A DNA stretch of 64,000 bases from Euprymna scolopes (taxonomy: Eukaryota): NCBI GenBank assembly GCA_053919585.1, contig CM132787.1; one strand, 5' to 3'. Positions 61,567 to 64,000 of this stretch are shown here, piece after piece. The notes below the pieces were generated by a model, which worked only from the letters and a program-made list of their open reading frames with translations, did not search any database and was not told where the DNA came from. Within the stretch, counting starts at the first letter, position 1, and each line of letters opens with the position of its first letter. The position numbers were made by a program, and so were the translations under genes.

Positions 61567-62677
61567 TCCCGTCTACTTTTTCCTCGCCGGAAGCAGAGTA
61601 ACCTGTAATGTTTACTTGTAAACCACTTTAATTAGCTATAAATAAATATAACTAGAAATATATTCGCATGAAAGATAACATTCATTTTCTAAAGAGAACG
61701 AATTTTCTCTCACAAAAATTATAATCACCATATGATTCTTAAATTGTGGATGATCCCCATTCTAATTTTAAATAAAATGTATTATAGTATTATCATAGAA
61801 AATTCTTTAGGAGATAAATAAGTTCAGGTAATCGTGGATATACTGATAAATTATTTGGCATAATTAATTTGAAATGTAGCAAAACACTCTAACTCAATTG
61901 CGGATTACTTAGGTCTATATAGTCATCGCTGACGGAACCAGAGCATGCTGCCCCCTTAAACTAATGGGTTCCCCTCGAAATTTCGTGCAGATTCCAGAGT
62001 TTGACATATCTTCCAAGATACACTCCGACAAAGTCGGAGCTTACATTCACCTAAGCGTTGTGAAAATAACACCGACGATAGGCACAATAGTTCGAAGCAT
62101 CAAATAATACGTAAATTGATCCTTATAAAAACATTTTTCTTCTGTATTGTCTATGGTATACACAAAATTTACAGGCATGCAATATTTTTTAACTTCTATC
62201 TAATTTTTAAAAGGGGGCAATAAGTTTTTTTACACTGAAATGCTCGGAAAACACTATTCTACAATTTTCCATTTTAATGCAAATGTCGGGGTTTTAATTA
62301 TGTTATGTACCAACGACACACCGCTCTTCAAGACCCGTAAAGCACTTCATAAAGTGAAATGTTTATGACAATGAAACAACAACGTGAGGATGAGTAAAAA
62401 TGGCAATGGTGAAACCGAATTAGTTTATATAAGAAGGTAATTCTATAAAGATTAGTTCAAACTACAGCTGCATTTATAAATTTATTTATGGTTTTAAAGA
62501 ACAAAGAGAAAATAAATTTGAGAATTGTTCTTGCCGGTCTCTTGATTTCTAACGTACCCAGAAAGTTACATTCATGAATTTTGATAAAATTAAAAAATGA
62601 GATCCCGTTTGATGTGAATAAAACATATAATTGTCATTTTCGAATTGGCTTGAACTTTATATAAAATATAAAACTTA

Positions 62678-62718
<41 letters not shown>

Positions 62719-63380
62719 TATCCTCCATCATATTTCAAATTATTTCTATAAGCTTGTTCATACTAATAATTGAAAATAAGTAACTTTCTCCGTTCATCCA
62801 TTCTGAATTATGTAATGGAAAACATACAAAAATAGAAAAAAACTGTGATACGCATGTAGAGACGTATTTACCCAAAATCAACAGTCTGTAAGACATACGA
62901 AATTATGATTAGATGATCATAATTTAGCATTGAAATTTAACTCCTATCAAATGCAGCGTATGTAAGTTCTATTTGGAATTAAGTATGACGTTACATCCAG
63001 CATTATGGTTCTCTAGCCGCCTGATAACCGCATCAACTGTTTTCATAAGTAACTAATGTTCTCCTTTTCTATTATAGTAATTCAAGACCAAAAGCATTCA
63101 GGCATATGACCTGTCGCTATTAATAGATTTATAGTTGAATATATAAATTCGCAAATTTTATAAGATATATCGCATATGGTAAATGCATAAAAGTTGTTTT
63201 TAGGTCGGCTTATGTTTTGGTTTGCAGAATTTTTTTTTACACTTTCATAGTTTGCATTATCATTCACCAATAATCATTTAACATTTTATTTTTTTTATTG
63301 AAACATATATTGCACTATTTTGCGTCCATTGAGAAAGTCCTACTATATATTATTCGTATCAGAGAGACCAAATATGTAAA

Positions 63381-63816
63381 TCTATATATCCAAAAAAGTG
63401 AAATTGTCTGTGTGTGTCTTTCTGTGTGTGTACATTTTCCTACCAAATTACTCTGTCAATTTTCAGTTTACAGACTCAAGAGTTCAACATTTGAAATTTT
63501 AGATAAAGTGTATTCAGACATACAGCAAGCTTTTTAATCGTTTTTTGGCTGAAAATTTAGCTACCAAGGGGTCAAAGTTCAGACAATTTGACCTTTGCGG
63601 TCTCTAGCAAATTATTCAGTAAATTCTGGGTATAAACAGTTAAACTTTTACATAATGGGTATTCAGACATGCAGCAAGCTTTGTAATCGGTATTTGGCCG
63701 AAAATTTGGCTGAAAAGATGTCAAAGTTTAAAGTGCAGACTCTACCAAACTCCCTCGCCAGTTTGGGATCCAAACACTTGAAATTTTAGATTTAAATTGC
63801 CTGAACATGAGTCAAA

Positions 63817-63853
<37 letters not shown>

Positions 63854-64000
63854 CATATAGTTATGAACAATACATAGGGCCTGAGCAAAGCTGGGCTGAA
63901 CTGCAAGTATATCTATAAAAGTGAAATTGTCGGTGTGTGCGTACATTTCCCTACCAAACTACTCAGTCAATTTTTAGTCTACAGACCCGAGAATTTATAT
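63381..64000 (+). mobile_element. Two tandem Helitron-like family 2 elements (second cut by window end)
   Basis: TCTATA..AAAAGTGAAATTGTC.GTGTGTG starts at 63381 and 63912. Confidence 0.65.

Overview
AT-rich, repeat-dominated eukaryotic genomic DNA, probably from an invertebrate animal; the species cannot be assigned from the sequence alone. There is one assembly gap (48234-48729). The only intact protein-coding gene is an intronless, atypical linker histone H1 (58190-58597, +). Four decayed paralogues of it lie as two tandem pairs (about 9.2-10.2 kb and 17.9-19.0 kb) inside a segmental duplication. They share with the intact gene an 18-bp promoter element next to a TATA box, and the two full-length copies also keep a histone 3' stem-loop relic. 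The rest is largely decayed mobile elements: an RTE LINE, several L1/Tx1-clade and CR1/L2-type LINE pieces, a Gypsy LTR element, Tc1/mariner relics, several MITEs, many non-autonomous Helitron-like elements (some head-to-tail) and SINEs. The most unusual signal is a short retroposon family whose 5' head matches the 5' end of U2 snRNA. It has three copies, with target-site duplications (TSDs) and one paralogous empty site, and shares a structured 3' tail with a second short retroposon. Coordinates of decayed elements are approximate, and all alignments were done by eye.
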